Assembly: GCA_951406725.2 (NCBI GenBank)
Contig: OX597830.1
Span: forward strand, 39,990,001-40,054,000
Length of the DNA stretch: 64,000 nucleotides
Reading direction: 5' to 3'
DNA from: Octopus vulgaris
Lineage: Eukaryota
Made by a program: the position numbers and the translations under genes. Under the pieces are notes generated by a model that made no database searches, was not told where the DNA came from, and saw nothing but the letters and a program-made list of their open reading frames with translations. Positions 13,624 through 27,889 of this stretch are shown here, one piece after another; the stretch's first letter is position 1; every line of letters begins with the position of its first letter.

Positions 13624-14094
13624 CAGATTTGCATGCCCTCAAAAGTAAATAGTCGTGAGAATTTGAAGATGGAGCTACAAAAGGTAGTGACAAATGATAA
13701 AAGGTACTGAGATACTCTCAAATTTCCTAGGAAAGTCAGTTTTGAGGATTGAGTGTCGTCGTCATACCTACAGTAAACAATAAAATGTAGTCCATAAGGA
13801 TTTTTATAAATATTCATTTTTTGTGATAGGAAAGCAGAAGCAAGAGAATAAATCAAGTTAAGAACCATAGATGCCGCTGCTCTGTTCAGAGTGTTCTAAG
13901 AGTAAGCTAAAAATGCACCAAGGCTCTGGGATAAGTCTTTAGAAAAGTCTTTAGACGTTTGGATTTTTTTTTTTTTTTTTTTTGTAGTTAGTCTTTTGAG
14001 AAGGCGTGAGAAATTGCTTGTGAAAACGTAAGAACGTGTGATTATGAGTAAAATCGTGAGAATCACGACCAAGTCGTGAGATCCGGCAAGCCTG
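13624..14094. mobile_element. Putative hAT-type MITE
   Basis: Imperfect ends CAGATTTGCA / GGCAAGCCTG with repeated subterminal CGTGAGA. TSD not clear. Confidence 0.4.
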
Positions 14095-14139
14095 GGTACA
14101 GTTAACTGGAGTGTAGCATTTCCCTATGTATTTTTATAC

Positions 14140-14179
<40 letters not shown>

Positions 14180-14815
14180 CAATAAGGCTACCTACAACAT
14201 TTTACGTTTGTTTTGCTTTTGTTTGTTTGTTTTTTGTCTTGTTTTTTTTACATGACAAGTCTAGGTATTTTCTACATGTTTAGTTAGATGGACATGTGTA
14301 TGTTTCCCTTCATGCGTATGCATATTTGCCTACGCGTGAATTTCATTGAGTTCGAACATCAAGGTATGTACGCATGCATCAGTATGCATGTACGGTGTTT
14401 GTATTTGTGTAGGTGTTGGCATATGTGCACATGCATGTGTGGCTTGTTGACTGCTGAACAGAAATACGCAAAGAGAGAGAGAGAGAGAGAGAAAGTATAT
14501 CTTCGTCAGTGTGTTTAATTTGAGTGAAGAGAAAGAAGGAAGCAGAGAAAAGAGAGAGAGGTGATATAGAGAAGGAGAGAGAGAGAAAAGAGAGAGACAG
14601 AGAGTATTCTGAAATGTAGTGTCATCTGTGCAAAGATAATACGTGTAAAGACAAAAATTAGGTCAAAATGCAATCATGATACCTGTGTCTTCGTTCATTT
14701 TCTCTTCTCAAATACGAAATAGTTAATTAAAAAAATAATAATACAATACAGAGAAAATAGGCCTTGATGGCATCGATAGATTTAGGTCATTAGAAGCATA
14801 GATAGATAGATAGAC

Positions 14816-14928
<113 letters not shown>

Positions 14929-14975
14929 TATGCATATACGAATGAGTGTTTATATATGTGTGTGTGTATGCGCGG

Positions 14976-15009
<34 letters not shown>

Positions 15010-15959
15010 GTATATAATTACATGTATATACTTGCACACACACACACGCACACACACATATATATGTATATTTATATATATCTTCTAGTGCATATGAGCA
15101 TATGATGTGTGTGTGTGCGTGTGTGTGTGTGTTTAAGTGTGTGTTCGAATAAATGCGCGTGGGTTGGTGTGGTTGTGTGTGCTTGCATGTGTATATCGAT
15201 TCCCAAGCAAAGTATTCCTCATCCTCTTCTGAAGAAAGCAACGTGTGTACATAGAGAGCATATTTGTCAAAAACCATCCTCTGGTAAAGATATGTATGTA
15301 TGCATGTATATTTGCATATTTGTATTATGTATGCATGTATATATGCATATTTGTATGTATGTATGTATGTATGTATGCATACATGTATGTATGCACGCGT
15401 GTATGCATGTTTGTATGTATATATGCATGTTTGTATGTATGCATGTAGGTATGTATGTATTTATGTATGTATGTATGCCTGTATGTATGAATGTATGTAT
15501 GCATTTATGTTTACATGTATGTATGCATGTATGTATCTATGCATGTATATATGTATGTATGCATGTATGTATGAATGTATATATACATTTATGTATACTT
15601 GTATATATGCATGTATGTATATATGTATGCATGTATGTATTTATGTATGTATGTATGTATGTATGTATGTATGTATGCATTCATTCATGTATGTATACAT
15701 GCATTTATATAAAATTTAGTATATCTTTAATTCCATGTTGTACTTGTTTCCTTATAGAATAGGAGTTACAAGGATTACACGAAGAAAAAAACACGTAAAG
15801 AATCTCCTGTCCATAATTTTTCAGACAAAGATTTTAAAAAATAATTAAAACTATAACAAAATCAATAGATATAATAATATTTTTAAATTTTTTAAAGATT
15901 GCCGATAGAATATTCGACATACCTTCTCTATATGTATGTCTTTGTAACTCCTATCTTGC

Positions 15960-16364
15960 AATCTTTTCTACTTTAAGAACAAGCCACGAAATTTTGAGTG
16001 GAGGGGGGCAGTCGATTACATCGACCCTAGTACGCAACTGGTATGGTACTTAATTTATCGACCCTGAATGGATGAAAGGCAAAGTCGACCTCAGCGGAAT
16101 TTGAATTCAGAACGTAGCGGCAGACAAAATACCTGTTTCTTTATTACCCACAAGGGGCTAAACATAGAGGGGACAAACAAGGACAGATATAGGTATTAAG
16201 TCGATTACATCGACCCCAATGCGTAACTGGTACTTAATTTATCGACCCCGGAAGGATGAAAGGCAAAGTCGACCTCGGCGGAATTTGAACTCAGAACGTA
16301 GCGGCAGACGAAATACAGCTACGCATATCGCCCGGCTTGCTAACGTTTCTGCCAGCTCGCCGCT
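15960..16364 (-). mobile_element. Two abutting or nested SINE family B copies
   Basis: Core ATCGACCC..GGATGAAAGGCAAAGTCGACCTC.GCGGAATTTGAA occurs twice (~16057 and ~16241). Confidence 0.85.
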
Positions 16365-17519
16365 TTGTAATAAAACATGGAAATTAAAAGAACACTAAAC
16401 TTAACCAGTTTGAGGTTTGGGGATATATAATTACACTGCGGATAGAATTCACCAGAAAATTTCAATAGTATGCTTGTCTCATTTAAAATATAACGTCTAT
16501 ATGCATACATTTGATCACTGTGAACATGCACTCAGCGCTTGACAACCGGTGTTGATGTATTTACGTCCCCGTCACTTAACGGTTTGACAAAAGCCACCGA
16601 ACAGAATGAGTCCTGGCGTCGACTCATTCGATTAACAACTCTTCAAGATGGTGCCCCAGCATGGCCGCAATGTGATGCTTGAAACAACTAAAATATATTG
16701 TATATGAGCGCGCCTGTGTATACAATGGCATACGTGTATATATACGCAACATATATAGATATTCATTTATATATATACATATATATATATAATATATATA
16801 CATATATGTATATATATATATACTTATATATATATACATATATATACATATATATGTACATATATATACATATATATATATACACACACACATATATATA
16901 TATAGATATGTATACATATATATATATACATACATATATATACACATATGCATATATGTATATACATCTATATATATATACATATATATAGATATACAGA
17001 TGTATACATATATATATACAAATATATATACACATATTTATATGTATATATATAGAGATTCTTTTAGTGACATGCATGTATATATAGATATATATATATA
17101 TATATACGTATGCATATATACATACTAATGTATATACATGCGTGTATATTCGTGTGTGTGTGTGTGTGTGTATGCATGCATAAATATGCATTAACTTGTG
17201 CACGTACTTCCTTACAACTACATTTATCTGTGACGATTTCAAACATTGAGTATTTAAGTAGTAGGTGATGGAGGGCAGAGTTTTAATGGTGAGGTGTGGG
17301 TGTCATTTGGTAAGTAACGAAGAATCCAGAGTTCAGACGAACGTGACAAAGTGTAATGTTGTCAAGAAATCAATGAAGATATTCTGTCGCACTAAAGTGC
17401 GGTAAGATGGTACGCTTCGTTAACTTTCGGTAAGTTCACATGCTTCAAAAATAAAATATAAAAGTCAATATATCCGCCTGAATCTTAGAGAGCACTAAAG
17501 AGAAACGCATACATACACA

Positions 17520-17573
<54 letters not shown>

Positions 17574-17832
17574 CACACTCACACTCATACACGCACACAC
17601 ACAAACGCATACACACTATTGTATATATGAGCCTGTGCCTCTGTGTGTGAGTGCATGCATTATATATGAATGCATGTAGGTGTATGTATATAGATTTATA
17701 TATAAGCAAAAATGCAAGATCTAAAATGTTTCTAAGAGATCAACGTAGTAGTTGTACTCGTTAGTAATATTTGTAGCCATTTTAACGTGGCTGTCCGTTC
17801 GAGTGGGTTCTACTGCAATTTTTTTAACCCCA

Positions 17833-17866
<34 letters not shown>

Positions 17867-17880
17867 AATGATATATATAT

Positions 17881-18145
17881 ATCAATTGAAATAAAAAACA
17901 GAACAGAAAGGATGTCGCGGTACACGTGTTTCGGGCTTTATAAAACAACTTATTCTTACATCAATGTATAATCGACATGACAGAATGATGTAAGAATAAG
18001 TTGTTTTATAAAGCCCGAAACACGTGTACCGCGACATCCTTTCTGTTATGTTTTTTATTTCATTTGATACATATATCCTCTCACCTCTGCTACTAGCTGG
18101 CATATACAGGTGCTTATACTTATCAAGTATTCACCCTGAATATAT
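17881..18145. repeat. Near-perfect hairpin (~82-bp arms) plus tail; contains an HHR 3' half
   Basis: 17881-17962 inverted at 17986-18069. GCCC-GAAAC-ACGT-GTA-CCGCG present in both arms. Flanked by (TA)n. Confidence 0.85.
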
Positions 18146-18178
<33 letters not shown>

Positions 18179-18183
18179 GTATA

Positions 18184-18259
<76 letters not shown>

Positions 18260-18265
18260 TAAATA

Positions 18266-19547
18266 TTGGGTTGGCAATTAAGTTCCCGCCGTTTTTTTTA
18301 ATTGAAATTTTTTAAAAGGTTTAATAAAAAATAACAACTAATTAATAATGTATTCACCCTTGTTGTTTACAACTTCTTCCTAAAGTTCAACAAGATTTTC
18401 AATACCTCGTTGGTAGAAATCACCCGATTTTGACTCGAAAAATTGATCTAACCAAGCTCTCAATTCTGCATCAGTATTGAACAATACTCCGCACATAGCA
18501 TTTGAAAGAGATCGAAAGAGGTGGAAATCCACTGGTGCCAAATCGGGAGAGTTCGGCGGGTATGGCAGCACTTCCCACACGTGCGTTTTAATGGCTTCTT
18601 TGATCATATTGGCGATATGAGGGCGAGTATTGTCATGCAGCAGAAGAACTCCATGCTGCCGATTAGGTCTTTTCTCTTGAGTAGCCGTGTTGAGTCGTTC
18701 CATGTATTGAACATACAGTTCCGTGTTGACCGTTTGGTTCCGTTCAAGCAATTTGTAATGGATAATCTCTTCCCAGTCCCACCATAAGCACAACTTCGTT
18801 TTACGCGAAGATCTTGTCTCATGTGAGGTGTTGCTTGTTTACCGGAGCTAAGCCATTCCTTACACTGCTTCATATTGATGTACAGGCACCATTTCCGTCG
18901 CCAGTAACGATTCGGTTAAGAAATCGTTGCTTGTGTCCATGAGTTGAGCGGTGACAAGCAAGCAAACCAGCGGAGATTGTGACTCGTTGATTTTTGTTTT
19001 TGTCACTTAAAGCATGCGGAACCCATGCTCCATACTTCTGAACCTTTTCCATCGAGTGAAGATGCTTCTCTATAGTAGTGCGGGAGCATTCCATTTTCTC
19101 TGCCAGTTCCCTTGTCGTTTGACGAGAATTTTCGTGCAAAAGTTGGTTTAATCGCTCTTCATCGAACTCAACTGGACGGCCAGAACGAGGTGCGTCTTTG
19201 AGGTCAAAATTTCCATTTTTGAACTTGACATACCAATCACGAGCGGTTCTTTCAGCTATGGCACCCTCTCCATACACAGCACAAATGTCGCGAGCAGCTT
19301 TTGCGGCCTTAGAACCTTGATTAAAAGCAAAAAGAAAGGGGTGTAGAAAATGCTCGTTTTTCTTAACTTGACATTTCATTTTAATGATCGGAAAATAAAC
19401 AAAAATTAACTAAAATTAACAAGTAAAAAAAAAACAAAATAGATTCCACAATGATTCAAAAATAGAATTCTCGAAAAAAATAGATTCCAAAATTCAAAAA
19501 CGCAATATATTCCAAAATTTAAAAGAACTGCGGGAACTTAGTTGCCA

Positions 19548-19553
<6 letters not shown>
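18266..19553 (-). mobile_element. Full-length mariner (DD34D) transposon, ~1.29 kb
   Basis: TIRs TTGGGTTGGCAATTAAGTTCCCGC / GCGGGAACTTAGTTGCCAACCCTA with TA flanks and a transposase inside. Confidence 0.95.
18338..19379 (-). pseudogene. Mariner transposase with frameshifts and a stop
   Basis: ORF pieces 18870-19379, 18604-18873 and 18380-18793 carry RSGRP, WVPHAL, IVTGD, HDNTRPH, SPDLAPVDFHLF. C-terminus GEYIIN*. Confidence 0.92.
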
Positions 19554-19604
<51 letters not shown>

Positions 19605-19608
<4 letters not shown>

Positions 19609-20009
19609 ATAGTTATCGCCATACAAATATGGCATTCTTATAAAAATAAGAATAAAGCTGTCCGCTTATTAGCTCCATGAGGCCATCGCCTTAAGTTAGC
19701 TATTTGATACACAACTGTATCCATATAACCTTCGAACAAGGGAGGTCAGTCGCTCCACACTACTTGACCGGCAGCTACAGACGCGTTTCGGGGTATTGCC
19801 CCTTTTCAATGCAGCGTAGCCAGACCAGTAGGTGTCGCTTCTGACAATCACTGTTCGAAGGTTTTATTTACCTAGTTTCATGGAGCTAATAAGCGGACAG
19901 CTTTATTCTTATTTTTATAAGAATGCCATATTTGTATGGCGATAACTATTATTTTCCGGGAACGCTGCCGCTGTTCTCTTTTAGAGAGACTTAGTAATTT
20001 TAATATTTC

Positions 20010-20013
<4 letters not shown>
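19605..20013. repeat. Foldback cassette (~76-bp arms) with HHR in the spacer and a one-sided tail
   Basis: 19605-19680 inverted at 19878-19953. (TA)n on both sides. Confidence 0.85.
19775..19814 (-). ncRNA. Minimal PLE-type hammerhead with mutated core
   Basis: CUGCA-UUGAAAA-GGGG-caaua-CCCC-GAAAC-GC-GUC-UGUAG. Core differs from CUGAAGA at two positions. Confidence 0.6.
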
Positions 20014-20103
<90 letters not shown>

Positions 20104-20120
20104 AAATATATAACCTTTAA

Positions 20121-20160
<40 letters not shown>

Positions 20161-20246
20161 TCAGTGGATCATATATCCGAGAAAGAAACAGTCTAAAAGC
20201 TAGAACAGTAATGCGTCTACTGGAGGTTGATTATATGGCCGATCAT

Positions 20247-20315
20247 AGAGTGACCAATGGTTTCGCATCCATAAAGCGCTTAGCTTTATAGATTTATAGA
20301 CGACTCGTCAGGCTC
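20247..20315 (-). ncRNA. Hammerhead motif
   Basis: GAGC-CUGACGA-G...AUAAAGC uaagc GCUUUAU...C-GAAAC-CAUUG-GUC-ACUC. Confidence 0.65.
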
Positions 20316-20489
20316 AAATGACTGTAGCCACTGGAGTCTAACGAGTCGGGAAAAATATATAGCTGATGGACTCCAGTCTAAAGTCAACATTCAGCCTCCT
20401 TAGATGATCGTGGAACTGACTCCTGCTCGACAGCCAGGTGAAGCGAGGCAGTACCTCTCCCAGAACCAATGAAATATCTAAGCCATTGA

Positions 20490-20830
20490 GGAACACTTTA
20501 CGAGACCCATCGATCTGCTAGAAATAGCAGCGAAACCTCTCAAAACGCACTCTTACTTAGAAAGAAACACTTTGGATACTACAGGTCTTGGATCTTTGCA
20601 TACAGACAAAAGATAGTGTGGTCATGGCTGAAACTCCTTTGATCATAGATTTGCTGTTTGATCAAGGATAGCCTGGGACTAAATAACAACAAAAATAACA
20701 ATAGCCATAGCATATTAGAGAATGTAGTCTTTAACGAAACAAAAAGACGACATGCTCACGGGTGGAAATATTTTTGATAATAGGTTATCTTGATTAAATT
20801 TGACCTGGGGCTAATTAACAAGAACAGCAG
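20490..20830 (+). mobile_element. Old SINE-like repeat with (CAA)n tail, tandem partial copies
   Basis: CTGCTAGAAATAGCAGC...GGTCATGGCTG...CCTGGG.CTAA motifs, also seen at ~44095-44290 (+) and ~48720-48910 (-). Confidence 0.5.
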
Positions 20831-21325
20831 CAACATCAACAACAACAGCAGTAACAGCAACAATAACGACAAATCAGTAAACCAAACAAATTAGGAAGTC
20901 CTTCTGCGCGGGTTTTACTCAACCTGTGCAAGATATACGAAGGCAAAATTATGTCTGTGTCCTCTTAACATGGCGGCATGTCGCATTAAAAAGGAACCAA
21001 TGGCATAAGAAAGACAATTAAAATAAATACTCGTCGATTTGGTGGGGGAAAAACTTTCAAGGCGGAGCCCAAACATTGGGTATGTTACGTATGAACGAAT
21101 GAAAAGATGAGGAGATGTAGGTTTATGTATCTATGTACACACACACACACATGGATGGACGCACACTCACACACACACGCACACACAGACAAACATACAT
21201 GCATGCACACACAGACACACGCACACACGCACACACACACAACACACACACACGCATACACACACACGCGTGGCTATACATATATCTAATAATGAATTTA
21301 AAGTAATGCTACTTCGTCATAATCC

Positions 21326-21416
<91 letters not shown>

Positions 21417-21590
21417 TGTTATCATCATGTTATCATCATCATCATCATTATATATATATGTGTGTGTATCTGTGTGTATATATGCATATTGTTTGTTTTT
21501 ATGTTCATCTAGATTAATCTGAAGGTTTACTCTTTTTGTAGAGTACAAACTTCGAAGTTATTGTCGATACTATTCTTGTTAAAGAATAAC

Positions 21591-21636
<46 letters not shown>

Positions 21637-21811
21637 CGCATGTACGCTTTATGGATGTGAAACCATTGGTCACTCTATGATCGTCCATATAATCAACCTC
21701 CAGTAGAGCATTACTGCTCTAACTTACAGAGTGTTTCTTTCTCGGATATATGATCCACTGACGATATATATATATTGCTATATATATAAAAATATATATA
21801 TATCGTCAGTG

Positions 21812-22200
21812 GTGGCTGTGAGGTAAGTAGCTTGCTTACGAACAGCATATTCCGGGTTCAGTCCCACTGCGTGGCACCTTGGCCAAGTGCCTTCTGCTAT
21901 AACCTAGGGCCGACGAAACCCTTGTGGGTGAATTTGGTAGACGGAAAATGAAAGAAACCCGTCGTATATATGATTATATATATGTATGTGTGTGTATGTG
22001 TTTGTGTGTCTGTGTTTGTCCCCACAACATCGCTTGACGACCGTTGCGCCCCTGTAACCTAGCGGTTCGGGGAAAGGGTCCAATAGAATAAGTACTAGGC
22101 TTACAAAGAATAAGCCCTGGGTCGATTTTTTTCGACTAAAAGTGGTGCTCCAGCATGGCCACAGTCAAATGACTGAAACAAGTAAAAAGAGTAAAACAGT
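21812..22200 (+). mobile_element. SINE family A
   Basis: Similar to 385-800. Confidence 0.85.
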
Positions 22201-22201
22201 A

Positions 22202-22284
<83 letters not shown>

Positions 22285-22698
22285 TGTCAATACTATTCTG
22301 GTTAAAGAATAACATTACATATATATATATGCATATATGTATATAATGAATAGATAGATAAATACATACATACATGCATTCATGCATACATACATAGAGA
22401 AAAGGATAAATGGATGGATGGATGGATGGATGGATGGATGGATTCCTTTGTTGCTTCCGTGAATCATCACATAACATATGTTGTAGATTAGATGGAGGTC
22501 AAATGCCGGTCAGGAGATCGGAAGAAAGAGGTGTGGTTTTTCACTTATTCTCGGATAGAATTTAATGAATATATGTGTGTGAACATGTGTGCGTGCGAGC
22601 GCATGCGTGTGTGTGTGTGTGCGTGTGTGTGTGAAAATATATACACATGTATTTATGTATATGTATATATGTATATGTACGTACATAGATATATATTG

Positions 22699-22747
<49 letters not shown>

Positions 22748-22873
22748 TATATGTATGTATATACTTACATATATGAATATATATTATATATACTGATACT
22801 TATATTTAGAACTGGGTTAAAGTGATGAATAATGTATGGAATGTATTTTCTTTATTTTTCGGTGAAATAACGT

Positions 22874-22986
<113 letters not shown>

Positions 22987-23287
22987 GTATATATATGAAC
23001 ATATATATACATATATATATATGTATATATTTGTAAATATATATACATATATACATTTATATATATATATATATACATATATATATTCACATACATAAAC
23101 GCTCACGCACGGATACATATGATATATATATAAACAAATATATGTACAAGCATAAAAAGAGGTACGTGCTGATGTACCAATAATATACATATGCTAATCT
23201 GATATATGCATACGTAAATATATATATACTCACACACACAGACACACAATCATTCATACATTTATACATGTTAATATACACAGTCTG

Positions 23288-23319
<32 letters not shown>

Positions 23320-23406
23320 TGTATGTATGTATGTATGTATGTATGTATGTATGTATGTATGTATATAAGTATAGGTATGTCTGTGTGGGTAACAGTCTGC
23401 TTCCCT

Positions 23407-23537
23407 ATCAATTGGACCCTCGAATATCGCGGGTGTTACGTTCCCGCGATAGGGGAAAATCCGAGTAGAAACAATACTGTATTGTACATTTTTTTTAATT
23501 ATTTTTATATGTATATATTTATTATATTTACGGAGAT

Positions 23538-23540
<3 letters not shown>
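23407..23540 (+). mobile_element. Tigger/pogo-like terminal fragment
   Basis: CAATTGGACCCTCGAATATCGCGGGTGTTACGTTCC..CCGCGATAGGGGAAAATCCG resembles pogo-family TIR/subterminal sequence. Confidence 0.45.
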
Positions 23541-23586
<46 letters not shown>

Positions 23587-24139
23587 GCACCAGGCTTCAA
23601 AAATAACTAATGAGGTTGATTAGTTCAAGGTGTTAGCCCCGCATGACCGCAATCCAATGACTGAACCAAATAAAAGATAATATATGGGGTGGAGTGCTGA
23701 AAGGCTCATAGCTTTAAAAGTATCGTGAAAGGCAGAGATGCAGGCCCAACCTTTCGTGTTCTTTTACAGGGCTTAGTAAAACTGAAAGGCTGCTGCAATA
23801 ACTATGTGAATCTGAGAGGTGAATATGTTCAATGAAATCATAATTAACTGATCCTCCAGTATTTTTATTTACTCAAATCCAGGAACTTTTCAGCACACCC
23901 TCTACTATATATATATATATTTGACCGGGGCCATGCTGGGGCACCGTTTTAGTCGAGCAAATCGACCCCAGGACGTATTCTTTGTAAACCTAGTACTTAT
24001 TCTATCCATGTCTTATGTTGAACAGCTAAGTTACGAGAACGTAAACACACCAACATAGGTTGGCAAGCGATCGGGGTGACAAAGTCATACAAATATATAC
24101 ACATATATGTATGTATATATCTATATATATATAACTCTA

Positions 24140-24202
<63 letters not shown>

Positions 24203-24524
24203 CCTATATATATATCAACACATACATGAGCATGTATTAGTGTGGGTGTGCGTGTAAACACTGTATGAATTATGTGAAACTGTGGGTATTTATGAATTAA
24301 TATCAAAGCCCACATCAGGCAGCGATCTGGCAGAAACATTAGCACGCCGGGCGAAATGCTTAGCCGTATTTCGTTTGTCTTTATGTTCTGAGTTCAAATT
24401 CTCTCATACACACGTATAAATTTAGAGTTCTAACAACCTGTTATTAGTATCGCTATGCCGAAGCGTTTTCTTTTCTATGCAGATTATTTTATACCTCTGT
24501 GCTTCGTATTGATTTCACTTTTGA

Positions 24525-25020
24525 AATGAGTTCAGATCTGATCTATGAGAGACAGTGCATGTTGTATGGATTCACAAGAGGCTTTTCGGCAATGGAAGCA
24601 TCAAGAAATATTCGTTCCGTCTATGGATATGAAATTTTAAGTGTCTGAACATGCCAGCGATGGTTTGGCCAGTTTCACTCGATCTGGACGACCCTGTTCT
24701 GTCAATGCTGGGCTTCTAAAAACCGTAGCTGAATGCGATTGAAAGCAAATTGCACTCGAATCTTACTAAAATTGTTCAATTTAAGTCACACTTCGATCAT
24801 AAATTACTTTCATGAACTAAGAAAAGTGCCAAAACTTGGTCAGCAGGTCCATCATCATTTGAATGCTTCTCGGCTTAATCAAAGAGTTAAAAACGGTGGT
24901 GGGTGGTTTTTCCTTAAAAATATGAAGAATTTTACACCCGTGGGATCAACAATTTGTCAAATAAATAGGGCTATGTTATCCAATTATGTGGGGAAATATT
25001 ATATTCATTAAATAAATCAA
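24525..25020 (+). pseudogene. Heavily degraded, internally deleted mariner transposase
   Basis: MSSDLIYERQCMLYGFTRGFSAMEASRNIRSVYG...TCQRWF, SGRP, KVPKLGQQVHHHL (a WVPHxL relic). Confidence 0.7.
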
Positions 25021-26757
25021 TTGTGATCAAACAAGCATTTGTTTCTTTCCCGTCTTGGAATGCGATAGAATTTTCCTTCTAACTTAATGTGTGTGTATGT
25101 GTGCAGGAAGCGGGGAACGAAGGGGGGGAGCTGAGGGGCACGCTCCTCCCTCAAGAAAAGGAGTGCGCCCTTCTAAATAATGTTATAACGCCCTTTTCTC
25201 CTGGAATTGTATTCCCTTCTGACATTGTGCCCTCCCTTCGAAAAATTTCTGGGACCGCGCCTGGTGTGTGTGTGTGTACATACATATATGCACGTACAAA
25301 CATCCATATATATACATATAAATACACACACAAGCACATAAGTACATACATATATACATACAAAAATAACATTTATGAAAACACTTAATGATGTGACCTG
25401 GTCGTATGTACTAATATGCGTATGTATATTATGTATTTAAGATTTATATATTCGTCTGTGTATGTGTGTACATTATATATATTTATATATGTGTGTGCAT
25501 ATATACATACAGACAGACATACCACCTACCTATAAATAACGAATCTGAACAATGTTAAAATATTAAAAGAAAGAAAGAAAAGACACAAAGCACAAGACTA
25601 ATTTTCCTAAATTATGTGGCACGTTAGCATATCTTCATCTCTGGTGAAGTGGTATGTTTGGAATTTGGGGCATTTTTTAACGTTCTGGCACCACACCTTA
25701 CCCTTTTGTTAATGTAAGACTTTGGCAGAGCGGATGGGGAGGGGATATTTATTTATTGCTATTTTGTTTTTACCTGTTAAATATCTTATCATGGATTTTT
25801 GTCACTTTCTAAGCCTTCTCAATCACCGCTTTGCGTCGTGTCCCCCGAAATAACCCATTCGCTTTATTTCAAAGTTGGTTCACTGCTTCTTAGGGCGAGG
25901 ATTCATGATAAGTAGCGGATGCATTATAAGAACTATAGAACGAATAGGATGCTTTTGACGAAATTTCGAGAAAACCTGGCTAAATATATATAACTATTAA
26001 GCAAAATAAGCGTGCTCTTAAGGCATCAAGTGGGGCACCACAGAAATAGTAAATGGTTTACGGCACAAAAGAAATCGCTTTAAACTTGCTAAAAGAATAT
26101 TCGAAATAAATTTATATGATCGGAAAAATTTATTTTATGGTTTATTATTGTTTATATTTCGAATCACATGTATATGGGGGCAGCAAAATCTCTTAAGTGT
26201 GTAGGGCCTCTGTGCGCCTTAATGCAGATAGCTCATTAAATGTTGATAAATGTTGATAAATGTCAATATAGAGCGAAACAATAACAGCAACAAATCAGGG
26301 GTCGAAACTGCCTTACCAAGCACCAAAACCGTTGCCTAAAAGCAAAGGGTTCGTGAGATGTTCCATTGAATACCGATACGTTATTCTGGCAGACCATGGG
26401 TCTTTTAATTTTTTTTTGTTTTACGTATTTCAGCCTTTGCACTGTGGCCATGCTGGGGTTACCGCCTTGAGTGGATCCTAGTACGTATTTTTTAAAAAGT
26501 CAGAATGCATTCAGATTTGTAGCTTTATGCTTACTGAAGGAACTGTTAATGTATAAAAGTATTTATTACGGAAACAATCAAGTCTTCTGTGAATTCATCG
26601 ACACCGCAACAAATAGTTGAAGTTAATTATTTCCTGATAAAAGTTTTGATTTGTTTTACATTAATCACATACGCAGCACAGTTATATATGAAAGGAGGGG
26701 TATTTATGCATGTATATGAATGTGCATGTATAAATGCGTATATATATGTATGTGTAA

Positions 26758-26826
<69 letters not shown>

Positions 26827-26900
26827 TACATGCATGAATATGTATGTAGATATGTATGTATATATATAATATATATATGTGTGTGTATGCATATATGTAT

Positions 26901-27110
26901 GTGACCGCGTGTGTATCGTTGGCGATTATTTTTCTTCCGTCTTCCCTTCCTTGGATCTTTCCTTTTTCTATGTTTCTAACGAAGAGCTCCGCTCGAAAAG
27001 TTAAAATCCTCCTTCTTCCTTTCCTTTCCTGAGCGTCCAATAACACTATACTTGTTCCACGTCTTCGCGTTATTGTGTTTGCTCTTTGTGTTTTCATGTT
27101 TGGATTAACT
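26901..27110 (+). mobile_element. ~205-bp non-coding element with a minimal HHR-like motif, copy 1
   Basis: Same start (GTGACCGCGTGTGTA) and end (GGATTAACT-TA tract) as 40748-40952. Motif at 26972-27007. Confidence 0.75.
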
Positions 27111-27120
27111 ATATATGTAA

Positions 27121-27172
<52 letters not shown>

Positions 27173-27178
27173 AGCATG

Positions 27179-27269
<91 letters not shown>

Positions 27270-27272
<3 letters not shown>

Positions 27273-27547
27273 CCAAATAATAAAACATCGAAATCCTGTG
27301 AGATACCTTTAATGATTCTTCACAATTATATCTGTACCAAATTTGCTTGCAACACCAGTTTACGCAAAAATTTGAAGTGGAGATTTACGTAATGAGTACG
27401 GTTTTAGATATAAGAGTGATACCTCAATAGACTTACATCAAAGGTGCGGTCTTACAATGTGGACAAACGAAAAAAAAACTGGCGCTCAACGCATTTTGTA
27501 GGAGGTACATATATTAATCATTCAACAGAGTTTGATCCGTCCGCTAG
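27270..27547 (+). mobile_element. Possible non-autonomous Helitron-like element
   Basis: Starts TC..AATAATAAAA after a TA tract and ends ..CCGTCCGCTAG. No clear 3' hairpin. Confidence 0.25.
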
Positions 27548-27619
27548 CGAAATGAAATGTTGTAACCTGATGAGATATGTTTTTCTAAGAAGTCGCAAGG
27601 GGCCGAATCAAACTGTTTA

Positions 27620-27682
<63 letters not shown>

Positions 27683-27889
27683 TGTGTGTGTGTTCGCGCG
27701 TGTGTGCCAAAGTTTTTGTGTACAAATGAATATATTGATTGAAGATATCTCTCGTAGTCCGAAAAACCTGCTGAATAACCTGCACAAATGATTTGTTTAT
27801 AATGATCAAATGCTTTTGCTGTGCTGTACATTAGATCTCTCTTCCTCCATCAATTAGACGTTGCCTGAATGTTGTACATAGTATCACAT

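Larger units (their letters stand above)
20156..21764. repeat. Inverted pair of ~120-bp pLTR-like ends separated by ~1.4 kb
   Basis: 20156-20277 is the reverse complement of 21645-21764 with a few substitutions. Confidence 0.8.

Noticed and set aside
15757-15956. 16-bp inverted repeat as another HHR foldback
   Set aside because: Arms are short and no ribozyme core is identifiable.
17380-17436. Mini-exon with GTAAG donors
   Set aside because: No supporting acceptor, partner exon or recognisable peptide.
25103-26400. Several possible small MITEs (25103-25263, 25880-26222, 26295-26400)
   Set aside because: TIRs too degenerate and no TSDs confirmed.
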